In this document: positions 52,401 to 64,000 of the stretch, in pieces
Layout: every line of letters starts with the position of its first letter
Position numbering within the stretch: the first letter of the stretch is position 1
From: Balanoglossus misakiensis
Taxonomy: Eukaryota; Animalia; Hemichordata
Direction of reading: 5' to 3'
Assembly: GCA_040954595.2 (NCBI GenBank)
Contig: CM082582.2
Location: 1,240,001-1,304,000 of the forward strand
Length of the DNA: 64,000 nt
Notes under the pieces: model-generated
Told to the model about the DNA's origin: nothing
The model's database searches: none
Seen by the model: the letters and a program-made list of their open reading frames with translations, nothing else
Translations under genes and position numbers: made by a program

Positions 52401-55400
52401 CCCATGATTTTTTTCTAAAATCGACGAAATGTTGATATTTTGCAAAGTCGAAAATTTGTCATTTTTTGATGATTTTCACCCATGATTTTTTTCAAAAATC
52501 GACGAAATGTTGAGATTTTGCAAAGTCGAAAATTTTGTCATTTTTTGATGATTTTCAACCATGATTTTTTTTCAAAAATCGACGAAAATTTGAGATTTTG
52601 CAAAGATGAAAATTTGTCATTTTTGATGATTTTTACCCATAATTTTTTTTCAGAAATGGACGAAATTTTGAGATTTTGCAAAGTCGAAAATGTGTCATTT
52701 TTTGATGATTTTCACCCGTTTTTTTTTCAAAATTTGTCATTTTTTCATGATTTTCACCCATGATTTTTTTCAAAAATCGACGAAATTTTGAGATTTTGCA
52801 AAGTCGAAAATTTTTCATTTTTTGATGATTTTCACCCATGATTTTTTTCAAAAATCGACGAAATTTTGAGATTTTGCAAAGTCGAAAATGTGTCATTTTT
52901 TGATGATTTTCACCCATGTTTTTTTTTTAAAAATCGACGAACCTATGATTTTTTTCAAAATCGACGAAATTTTGTGATTTTGCAAAGTCGAAAATTTTGT
53001 CATTTTTTGATGATTTTCACCCGTTTTTTTTTCAAAATTTGTCATTTTTTCATGATTTTCACCCATGATTTTTTTCAAAAATCGACGAAATTTTGAGATT
53101 TTGCAAAGTCGAAAATTTGTCATTTTTTGATGATTTTCAACCCTGATTTTTTTTCAAAAATCGACGAAATTTTGAGATTTTGCAAAATCGAAAATTTGTC
53201 ATTTTTTGATGATTTTCCCCCAATGGTTTTTTTCAAAATCGACGAAATTTTGAGATTTTGCAAAGTCGAAAATTTGTCATTTTTTGATGATTTTCCCCCA
53301 TGATTTTTTTTCAAAAATGGACGAAATTTTGAGATTTTGCAAAGACGAAAATTTGTCATTTTTTGATGATTTTCACCCATGATTTTTTTTCAAAAATCGA
53401 CGAAATTTTGAGATTTTGCAAAGTCGAAAATGTGTCATTTTTTGATGATTTTCACCCATGATTTTTTTCAAAAATCGACGAAATTTTGACATTTTGCAAA
53501 GTCGAAAATTTGTCATTTTTTGATGATTTTCACCCATGATTTTCTTCAAAAATCGACGAAATTTTGAGATTTTGCAAAGTCGAAAATTTGTCATTTTTTG
53601 ATGATTTTCCCCCATGATTTTTTTTCAAAAATGGACGAAATTTTGAGATTTTGCAAAGTCGCAAATTTGTCATTTTTTGATGATTTTCAACCCTGATTTT
53701 TTTTCAAAAATCGACGAAATTTTGAGATTTTGCAAAATCGAAAATTTGTCATTTTTTGATGATTTTCCCCCAATGGTTTTTTTCAAAATCGACGAAATTT
53801 TGAGATTTTGCAAAGTCGAAAATTTGTCATTTTTTGATGATTTTCACCCATGAGTTTTTTTCAAAAATCGACGAAATTTTGAGATTTTGCAAAGTCGAAA
53901 ATGTGTCATTTTTTGATGATTTTCACCCATGATTTTTTTCAAAAATCGACGAAATTTTGAGATTTTGCAAAGTCGAAAATTTGTCATTTTTTGATGATTT
54001 TCACCCATGATTTTCTTCAAAAATCGACGAAATTTTGAGATTTTGCAAAGTCGAAAATTTGTCATTTTTTGATGATTTTCACCCATGATTTTTTTCAAAA
54101 ATCGACGAAATTTTGAGATTTTGCAAAGTCGAAAATTTGTCATTTTTTCATGATTTTCACCCATGATTTTTTCAAAAATCGATGAAATTTTCAGATTTTG
54201 CAAAGTCGAAAATTTGTCATTTTTTGATGATTTTCACCCATGATTTTTTTCAAAATTGACGAAATTTTGAGATTGTGCAAAGTCAAAAATTTGTCATTTT
54301 TTGGTGATTTTCACCCATGATTTTTTTTCACAAATCGACGTAATTTTGAGATTTTGTAGTCGTAAATTTGTCATTTTTTGATGATTTTCACCCATGTTTT
54401 TTTTTTAAAAATCGACGAACCTATGATTTTTTTCAAAATCGACGAAATTTTGTGATTTTGCAAAGTCGAAAATTTTGTCATTTTTTGATGATTTTCAACC
54501 ATGATTTTTTTTCAAAAATCGACGAAATTTTGAGATGTTGCAAAGTCGAAAATGTGTCATTTTTTGATGATTTTCACCCGTTTTTTTTTCAAAATTTGTC
54601 ATTTTTTCATGATTTTCACCCATGATTTTTTTCAAAAATCGACAAAATTTTGAGATTTTGCAAAGTCGAAAATTTGTCATTTTTTGATGATTTTCCCCCA
54701 ATGGTTTTTTTCAAAAATCGACAAAATTTTGAGATTTTGCAAAGTCGAAAATTTGTCATTTTTTGATGATTTTCCCCCAATGGTTTTTTTCAAAATCGAC
54801 GAAATTTTGAGATTTTGCAAAGTCGAAAATTTGTCATTTTTTGATGATTTTCCCCCATGATTTTTTTTCAAAAATGGACGAAATTTTGAGATTTTGCAAA
54901 GACGAAAATTTGTCATTTTTTGATGATTTTCACCCATAATTTTTTTCAAAAATCGACGAAATTTTGAGATTTTGCAGTCAAAAATTTGTCATTTTTTGAT
55001 GATTTTCACCCATATTATTTTTCAAAAACCGACGAAATTTTGAGATTTTGCAAAGACGAAAATTTGTCATTTTTTGATGATTTTCACCCATGATTTTTTC
55101 AAAAATTGACGAAATTTTGAGATTTTGCAAAGTCGAAAATTTGTCATTTTTTGATGATTTTCACCCATGATTTTTTTTCAAAAATCGACGAAATTTTGAG
55201 ATTTTGCAAAGTCGAATATTTGTCATTTTTTGATGATTTTCCCCCGTTTTTTTTTTTAAATGGACGAAATTTTGAGATTTTGCAAAGACGAAAATTTGTA
55301 ATTTTTTGATGATTTTCACCCATGATTTTTTCAAAAATTGACGAAATTTTGAGATTTTGCAAAGTCGAAAATTTGTAATTTTTTGATGATTTTCACCCAT

Positions 55401-58400
55401 GTCTTTTTTTAAAAATCGACGAAATTTTGAGATTTTGCAAAGACGAAAATTTGTCATTTTTTGATGATTTTCACCCATGTCTTTTTTAAAAAAAATCGAC
55501 AAAATTTTGAGATTTTGCAAAGAGGAAAATTTGTCATTTTTTCATGATTTTCCCCCATGATTTTTTTCAAAAATCGACGAAATTTTGAGATTTTGCAAAG
55601 TCGACGAAAATGTGTCATTTTTTGATGATTTTCACCCGTTTTTTTTTCAAAATTTGTCATTTTTTGATGATTTTCACCCATGTTTTTTTTTAAAAAATCG
55701 ACGAACCTATGATTTTTTTCAAAATCGACGAAATTTTGTGATTTTACAAAGTCGAAAATTTTGTCATTTTTTGATGATTTTCAACCATGATTTTTTTTCA
55801 AAAATCGACGAAAATTTGAGATTTTGCAAAGACGAAAATTTGTCATTTTTGATGATTTTTACCCATGATTTTTTTTCAAAAATGGACGAAATTTTGAGAT
55901 TTTGCAAAGACGAAAATTTGTCATTTTTTGATGATTTTCACCCATGATTTTTTTTCAAAAATCGACGAAATTTTTAGATTTTGCAAAGTCGAACATTTGT
56001 CATTTTTTGATGATTTTCACCCATGTTTTTATTTAAAAAAATCGACGAACCCATGATTTTTTTCAAAACCGACGAAATTTTGAGATTTTGCAAAGTCGAA
56101 AATTTGTCATTTTTTGATGATTTTCACCCATAATTTTTTTCAAAAATCGACGAAATTTTGAGATTTTGCAGTCAAAAATTTGTCATTTTTTGATGATTTT
56201 CACCCATATTATTTTTCAAAAACCGACGAAATTTTGAGATTTTGCAAAGACGAAAATTTGTCATTTTTTGATGATTTTCACCCATGATTTTTTCAAAATT
56301 GACGAAATTTTGAGATTTTGCAAAGTCGAAAATTTGTCATTTTTTGATGATTTTCACCCATGATTTTTTTTCAAAAATCGACGAAATTTTGAGATTTTGC
56401 AAAGTCGAAAATTTGTCATTTTTTGATGATTTTCCCCCGTTTTTTTTTTTAAATGGACGAAATTTTGAGATTTTGCAAAGACGAAAATTTGTAATTTTTT
56501 GATGATTTTCACCCATGATTTTTTCAAAAATTGACGAAATTTTGAGATTTTGCAAAGTCGAAAATTTGTAATTTTTTGATGATTTTCACCCATGTCTTTT
56601 TTTAAAAATAGACGAAATTTTGAGATTTTGCAAAGACGAAAATTTGTCATTTTTTGATGATTTTCACCCATGTCTTTTTTTAAAAATCGACGAAATTTTG
56701 AGATTTTGCAAAGAGGAAAATTTGTCATTTTTTCATGATTTTCCCCCATGATTTTTTTCAAAAATCGACGAAATTTTGAGATTTTGCAAAGTCGACGAAA
56801 ATGTGTCATTTTTTGATGATTTTCACCCGTTTTTTTTTCAAAATTTGTCATTTTTTGATGATTTTCACCCATGTTTTTTTTTAAAAAATCGACGAACCTA
56901 TGATTTTTTTCAAAATCGACGAAATTTTGTGATTTTACAAAGTCGAAAATTTTGTCATTTTTTGATGATTTTCAACCATGATTTTTTTTCAAAAATCGAC
57001 GAAAATTTGAGATTTTGCAAAGACGAAAATTTGTCATTTTTGATGATTTTTACCCATGATTTTTTTTCAAAAATGGACGAAATTTTGAGATTTTGCAAAG
57101 ACGAAAATTTGTCATTTTTTGATGATTTTCACCCATGATTTTTTTTCAAAAATCGACGAAATTTTTAGATTTTGCAAAGTCGAACATTTGTCATTTTTTG
57201 ATGATTTTCACCCATGTTTTTATTTAAAAAAATCGACGAACCCATGATTTTTTTCAAAACCGACGAAATTTTGAGATTTTGCAAAGTCGAAAATTTGTCA
57301 TTTTTTGATGATTTTCACCCATAATTTTTTTCAAAAATCGACGAAATTTTGAGATTTTGCAGTCAAAAATTTGTCATTTTTTGATGATTTTCACCCATAT
57401 TATTTTTCAAAAACCGACGAAATTTTGAGATTTTGCAAAGACGAAAATTTGTCATTTTTTGATGATTTTCACCCATGATTTTTTCAAAATTGACGAAATT
57501 TTGAGATTTTGCAAAGTCGAAAATTTGTCATTTTTTGATGATTTTCACCCATGATTTTTTTTCAAAAATCGACGAAATTTTGAGATTTTGCAAAGTCGAA
57601 AATTTGTCATTTTTTGATGATTTTCCCCCGTTTTTTTTTTTAAATGGACGAAATTTTGAGATTTTGCAAAGACGAAAATTTGTAATTTTTTGATGATTTT
57701 CACCCATGATTTTTTCAAAAATTGACGAAATTTTGAGATTTTGCAAAGTCGAAAATTTGTAATTTTTTGATGATTTTCACCCATGTCTTTTTTTAAAAAT
57801 AGACGAAATTTTGAGATTTTGCAAAGACGAAAATTTGTCATTTTTTGATGATTTTCACCCATGTCTTTTTTTAAAAATCGACGAAATTTTGAGATTTTGT
57901 AAAGAGGAAAATTTGTCATTTTTTCATGATTTTCCCCCATGATTTTTTTCAAAAATCGACGAAATTTTGAGATTTTGCAAAGTCGACGAAAATGTGTCAT
58001 TTTTTGATGATTTTCACCCGTTTTTTTTTCAAAATTTGTCATTTTTTGATGATTTTCACCCATGTTTTTTTTTAAAAAATCGACGAACCTATGATTTTTT
58101 TCAAAATCGACGAAATTTTGTGATTTTACAAAGTCGAAAATTTTGTCATTTTTTGATGATTTTCAACCATGATTTTTTTTCAAAAATCGACGAAAATTTG
58201 AGATTTTGCAAAGACGAAAATTTGTCATTTTTGATGATTTTTACCCATGATTTTTTTTCAAAAATGGGCGAAATTTTGAGATTTTGCAAAGACGAAAATT
58301 TGTCATTTTTTGATGATTTTCACCCATGATTTTTTTCAAAAATCGACGAAATTTTGAGATTTTGCAAAGTCGAAAATTTGTCATTTTTTGATGATTTTCA

Positions 58401-61400
58401 CCCATGATTTTCTTCAAAAATCGACGAAATTTTGAGATTTTGCAAAGTCGAAAATTTGTCATTTTTTGATGATTTTCACCCATGATTTTCTTCAAAAATC
58501 GACGAAATTTTGAGATTTTGCAGTCGAAAATTTGTCATTTTTTGATTATTTTCACCCATGATTTTTTTCAAAAATCGACGAAATTTTGAGATTTTGCGAA
58601 GTCGAAAATTTGTCATTTTTTGATGATTTTCACCCATGATTTTTTTCTAAAATCGACGAAATGTTGATATTTTGCAAAGTCGAAAATTTGTCATTTTTTG
58701 ATGATTTTCACCCATGATTTTTTTCAAAAATCGACGAATTGTTGAGATTTTGCAAAGTCGAAAATTTTGTCATTTTTTGATGATTTTCAACCATGATTTT
58801 TTTTCAAAAATCGACGAAAATTTGAGATTTTGCAAAGATGAAAATTTGTCATTTTTGATGATTTTTACCCATAATTTTTTTTCAGAAATGGACGAAATTT
58901 TGAGATTTTGCAAAGTCGAAAATGTGTCATTTTTTGATGATTTTCACCCGTTTTTTTTTTTTCAAAATTTGTCATTTTTTCATGATTTTCACCCATGATT
59001 TTTTTCAAAAATCGACGAAATTTTGAGATTTTGCAAAGTCGAAAATTTTTCATTTTTTGATGATTTTCACCCATGATTTTTTTCAAAAATCGACGAAATT
59101 TTGAGATTTTGCAAAGTCGAAAATGTGTCATTTTTTGATGATTTTCACCCATGTTTTTTTTTTTAAAATCGACGAACCTATGATTTTTTTCAAAATCGAC
59201 GAAATTTTGTGATTTTGCAAAGTCGAAAATCTTGTCATTTTTTGATGATTTTCACCCGTTTTTTTTTCAAAATTTGTCATTTTTTCATGATTTTCACCCA
59301 TGATTTTTTTCAAAAATCGACGAAATTTTGAGATTTTGCAAAGTCGAAAATTTGTCATTTTTTGATGATTTTCAACCCTGATTTTTTTTCAAAAATCGAC
59401 GAAATTTTGAGATTTTGCAAAATCGAAAATTTGTCATTTTTTGATGATTTTCCCCCAATGGTTTTTTTCAAAATCGACGAAATTTTGAGATTTTGCAAAG
59501 TCGAAAATTTGTCATTTTTTGATGATTTTCCCCCATGATTTTTTTTCAAAAATGGACGAAAATTTGAGATTTTGCAAAGACGAAAATTTGTCATTTTTGA
59601 TGATTTTTACCCATGATTTTTTTTCAAAAATGGACGAAATTTTGAGATTTTGCAAAGACGAAAATTTGTCATTTTTTGATGATTTTCACCCATGATTTTT
59701 TTTCAAAAATCGACGAAATTTTTAGATTTTGCAAAGTCGAACATTTGTCATTTTTTGATGATTTTCAACCATGTTTTTATTTTAAAAAATCGACGAACCC
59801 ATGATTTTTTTCAAAACCGACGAAATTTTGAGATTTTGCAAAGTCGAAAATTTGTCATTTTTTGATGATTTTCACCCATAATTTTTTTCAAAAATCGACG
59901 AAATTTTGAGATTTTGCAGTCAAAAATTTGTCATTTTTTGATGATTTTCACCCATATTATTTTTCAAAAACCGACGAAATTTTGAGATTTTGCAAAGACG
60001 AAAATTTGTCATTTTTTGATGATTTTCACCCATGATTTTTTCAAAAATTGACGAAATTTTGAGATTTTGCAAAGTCGAAAATTTGTCATTTTTTGATGAT
60101 TTTCACCCATGATTTTTTTTCAAAAATCGACGAAATTTTGAGATTTTGCAAAGTCGAAAATTTGTCATTTTTTGATGATTTTCCCCCGTTTTTTTTTTTA
60201 AATGGACGAAATTTTGAGATTTTGCAAAGACGAAAATTTGTAATTTTTTGATGATTTTCACCCATGATTTTTTCAAAAATTGACGAAATTTTGAGATTTT
60301 GCAAAGTCGAAAATTTGTAATTTTTTGATGATTTTCACCCATGTCTTTTTTTAAAAATCGACGAAATTTTGAGATTTTGCAAAGACGAAAATTTGTCATT
60401 TTTTGATGATTTTCACCCATGTCTTTTTTTAAAAATCGACGAAATTTTGAGATTTTGCAAAGAGGAAAATTTGTCATTTTTTCATGATTTTCCCCCATGA
60501 TTTTTTTCAAAAATCGACGAAATTTTGAGATTTTGCAAAGTCGACGAAAATGTGTCATTTTTTGATGATTTTCACCCGTTTTTTTTTCAAAATTTGTCAT
60601 TTTTTGATGATTTTCACCCATGTTTTTTTTTAAAAAATCGACGAACCTATGATTTTTTTCAAAATCGACGAAATTTTGTGATTTTACAAAGTCGAAAATT
60701 TTGTCATTTTTTGATGATTTTCAACCATGATTTTTTTTCAAAAATCGACGAAAATTTGAGATTTTGCAAAGACGAAAATTTGTCATTTTTGATGATTTTT
60801 ACCCATGATTTTTTTTCAAAAATGGGCGAAATTTTGAGATTTTGCAAAGACGAAAATTTGTCATTTTTTGATGATTTTCACCCATGATTTTTTTCAAAAA
60901 TCGACGAAATTTTGAGATTTTGCAAAGTCGAAAATTTGTCATTTTTTGATGATTTTCACCCATGATTTTCTTCAAAAATCGACGATTTTGAGATTTTGCA
61001 AAGTCGAAAATTTGTCATTTTTTGATTATTTTCACCCATGATTTTTTTCAAAAATCGACGAAATTTTGAGATTTTGCGAAGTCGAAAATTTGTCATTTTT
61101 TGATGATTTTCACCCATGATTTTTTTCTAAAATCGACGAAAATTTGAGATTTTGCAAAGATGAAAATTTGTCATTTTTGATGATTTTTACCCATAATTTT
61201 TTTTCAGAAATGGACGAAATTTTGAGATTTTGCAAAGTCGAAAATGTGTCATTTTTTGATGATTTTCACCCGTTTTTTTTTTTTCAAAATTTGTCATTTT
61301 TTCATGATTTTCACCCATGATTTTTTTCAAAAATCGACGAAATTTTGAGATTTTGCAAAGTCGAAAATTTTTCATTTTTTGATGATTTTCACCCATGATT

Positions 61401-64000
61401 TGTTTCAAAAATCGACGAAATTTTGAGATTTTGCAAAGTCGAAAATGTGTCATTTTTTGATGATTTTCACCCATGTTTTTTTTTTAAAAATCGACGAACC
61501 TATGATTTTTTTCAAAATCGACGAAATTTTGTGATTTTGCAAAGTCGAAAATTTTGTCATTTTTTGATGATTTTCATCCGTTTTTTTTTCAAAATTTGTC
61601 ATTTTTTCATGATTTTCACCCATGATTTTTTTCAAAAATCGACGAAATTTTGAGATTTTGCAAAGTCGAAAATTTGTCATTTTTTGATGATTTTCAACCC
61701 TGATTTTTTTTCAAAAATCGACGAAATTTTGAGATTTTGCAAAATCGAAAATTTGTCATTTTTTGATGATTTTCCCCCAATGGTTTTTTTCAAAATCGAC
61801 GAAATTTTGAGATTTTGCAAGGTCGAAAATTTGTCATTTTTTGATGATTTTCCCCCATGATTTTTTTTCAAAAATGGACGAAATTTTGAGATTTTACAAA
61901 GACGAAAATTTGTCATTTTTTGATGATTTTCACCCATGATTTTTTTTCAAAAATCGACGAAATTTTGAGATATTGCAAAGTCGAAAATGTGTCATTTTTT
62001 GATGATTTTCACCCATGATTTTTTTCAAAAATCGACGAAATTTTGACATTTTGCAAAGTCGAAAATTTGTCATTTTTTGATGATTTTCACCCATGATTTT
62101 CTTCAAAAATCGACGAAATTTTGAGATTTTGCAAAGTCGAAAATTTGTCATTTTTTGATGATTTTCCCCCATGATTTTTTTTCAAAAATGGACGAAATTT
62201 TGAGATTTTGCAAAGTCGAAAATTTGTCATTTTTTGATGATTTTCAACCCTGATTTTTTTTCAAAAATCGACGAAATTTTGAGATTTTGCAAAATCGAAA
62301 ATTTGTCATTTTTTGATGATTTTCCCCTAATGGTTTTTTTCAAAATCGACGAAATTTTGAGATTTTGCAAAGTCGAAAATTTGTCATTTTTTGATGATTT
62401 TCACCCATGAGTTTTTTTCAAAAATCGACGAAATTTTGAGATTTTGCAAAGTCGAAAATGTGTCATTTTTTGATGATTTTCACCCATGATTTTTTTCAAA
62501 AATCGACGAAATTTTGAGATTTTGCAAAGTCGAAAATTTGTCATTTTTTGAAGATTTTCACCCATGATTTTCTTCAAAAATCGACGAAATTTTGAGATTT
62601 TGCAAAGTCGAAAATTTGTCATTTTTTGATGATTTTCACCCATGATTTTTTTCAAAAATCGACGAAATTTTGAGATTTTTCAAAGTCGAAAATTTGTCAT
62701 TTTTTGATGATTTTCACCCATGATTTTTTTCAAAATTGACGAAATTTTGAGATTTTGCAAAGTCAAAAATTTGTCATTTTTTGGTGATTTTCACCCATGA
62801 TTTTTTTTCACAAATCGACGTAATTTTGAGATTTTGTAGTCGTAAATTTGTCATTTTTTGATGATTTTCACCCATGTTTTTTTTTTAAAAATCGACGAAC
62901 CTATGATTTTTTTCAAAATCGACGAAATTTTGTGATTTTGCAAAGTCGAAAATTTTGTCATTTTTTGATGATTTTCAACCATGATTTTTTTTCAAAAATC
63001 GACGAAATTTTGAGATGTTGCAAAGTCGAAAATGTGTCATTTTTTGATGATTTTCACCCGTTTTTTTTTCAAAATTTGTCATTTTTTCATGATTTTCACC
63101 CATGATTTTTTTCAAAAATCGACAAAATTTTGAGATTTAGCAAAGTCGAAAATTTGTCATTTTTTGATGATTTTCCCCCAATGGTTTTTTTCAAAATCGA
63201 CGAAATTTTGAGATTTTGCAAAGTCGAAAATTTGTCATTTTTTGATGATTTTCCCCCATGATTTTTTTTCAAAAATGGACGAAATTTTGAGATTTTGCAA
63301 AGACGAAAATTTGTCATTTTTTGATGATTTTCACCCATGATTTTTTTTCAAAAATCGACGAAATTTTGAGATTTTGCAAAATCGAAAATTTGTCATTTTT
63401 TGATGATTTTCCCCCAATGGTTTTTTTCAAAATCGACGAAATTTTGAGATTTTGCAAAGTCGAAAATTTGTCATTTTTTGATGATTTTCCCCCATGATTT
63501 TTTTTCAAAAATGGACGAAATTTTGAGATTTTGCAAAGACGAAAATTTGTCAATTTTTGATGATTTTCACCCATGATTTTTTTTCAAAAATCGACGAAAT
63601 TTTGAGATTTTGCAAAGTCGAAAATGTGTCATTTTTTGATGATTTTCACCCATGATTTTTTTCAAAAATCGACGAAATTTTGAGATTTTGCAAAGTCGAA
63701 AATTTGTCATTTTTTGATGATTTTCACCCATGATTTTCTTCAAAAATCGACGAAATTTTGAGATTTTGCAAAGTCGAAAATTTGTCATTTTTTGATGATT
63801 TTCACCCATGATTTTTTTCAAAAATCGACGAAATTTTGAGATTTTGCAAAGTCGAAAATTTGTCATTTTTTCATGATTTTCACCCATGATTTTTTCAAAA
63901 ATCGATGAAATTTTCAGATTTTGCAAAGTCGAAAATTTGTCATTTTTTGATGATTTTCACCCATGATTTTTTTCAAAATTGACGAAATTTTGAGATTGTG
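49441..64000 (+). repeat. Satellite variant domain C
   Basis: Diagnostic variants GTCGACGAAAATGTG, AAAGAGGAAAA, CATGTCTTTTT, GCAAAATCG, GCAGTCAAAA, TTTTGTAGTCGTAAA and ATTTTCTTCAAAA, and frequent 43-bp deleted units, begin shortly after 49.45 kb. Confidence 0.8.
54930..58260 (+). repeat. Local higher-order repeat, period ~1191 bp (about 2.8 tandem copies, a fourth near 59.7-60.9 kb)
   Basis: Marker GCAGTCAAAA at 54974, 56168, 57359 and 59916. ORFs at 55585/56776/57967/60525. Confidence 0.9.

Larger units (their letters stand above)
1..64000 (+). repeat. Tandem satellite DNA array, ~78-79 bp monomer, about 800 copies, single orientation, running off both ends of the window
   Basis: The motif TCGACGAAATTTTGAGATTTTGCAAAGTCGAAAATTTGTCATTTTTTGATGATTTTCAC recurs every 77-80 bp from base 1 to base 64000 with no non-repeat interruption. 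Consensus composition counted by hand: A24 T33 C10 G11. Confidence 0.99.

Noticed and set aside
29270-54280. Mirror-image variants around the dyad axis (TTAGC/GCTAA, TATGC/GCATA, GTGC/GCAC, CTGC/CAGAG, TTTAC/GTAAA, TTTC/GAAA) as evidence of arm-to-arm copying
   Set aside because: The mirror changes occur in different monomers rather than together, and most possible substitutions at these positions are already sampled. A strand-symmetric mutation spectrum predicts the same pattern.
454-63926. All listed ORFs (60-172 aa) as protein-coding genes, e.g. a leucine-rich-repeat-like or other repeat protein
   Set aside because: They are translations of the satellite in several frames and on both strands, and they begin and end at homopolymer-length frameshifts. 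There is no unique domain, no visible codon-position bias in the variants and no splice or gene context.
1-64000. CRISPR array (palindromic repeat plus variable spacer)
   Set aside because: The linkers are minor variants of one ~22-bp sequence reused hundreds of times, not unique spacers. The repeat part also varies, and there is no leader or cas gene.
1-64000. Integron attC cassette array, REP/BIME array or recombination-site array
   Set aside because: There is no cargo between the dyads, no consistent RYYYAAC/GTTRRRY ends and no recombinase or transposase. The scale and homogeneity fit satellite DNA.
1-64000. Assignment to a named satellite family, an organism, or a functional centromere
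   Set aside because: I do not recognise the monomer with confidence and cannot run a database search. I saw no CENP-B box, and centromere function needs chromatin data.
1-64000. Rho-independent terminators or promoters suggested by hairpins followed by T-runs
   Set aside because: The stems are AT-rich and part of the repeat, and there are no transcription units for them to serve.
1-64000. Inversions, transposon insertions, telomeric repeats or rRNA/tRNA genes within the array
   Set aside because: Reading through the window I found no reverse-orientation monomer (no ATCATGGGTGAAAATCATC on the + strand) and no non-satellite segment.

Overview
The whole 64 kb window is one uninterrupted, head-to-tail, AT-rich satellite array of roughly 800 monomers. 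The monomer is ~78-79 bp and ~27% GC, with consensus CAAAAATCGACGAAATTTTGAGATTTTGCAAAGTCGAAAATTTGTCATTTTTTGATGATTTTCACCCATGATTTTTTT. I found no unique sequence, strand switch, transposon insertion, RNA gene or credible protein-coding gene; every listed ORF is a translation of the repeat. The structure lies in the array itself. (1) About 56 of the 78 bp form an imperfect palindrome centred on TTTG|CAAA, followed by a more variable ~22-bp linker. (2) Two recurrent internally deleted units (~27-28 bp and ~43 bp) both lack the palindrome centre. (3) There are three variant-defined domains (about 1-24 kb, 25-49 kb and 49-64 kb). (4) Overlapping, irregular block duplications with periods of 0.5-5.5 kb, plus dispersed copies 6-13 kb apart, replace a fixed higher-order repeat. 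(5) A block of domain-C type sits ectopically inside domain A. A eukaryotic (peri)centromeric or heterochromatic origin is the likeliest reading, but organism and function cannot be determined from the window. Coordinates and offsets were read by eye and from the ORF track; no alignment was run.
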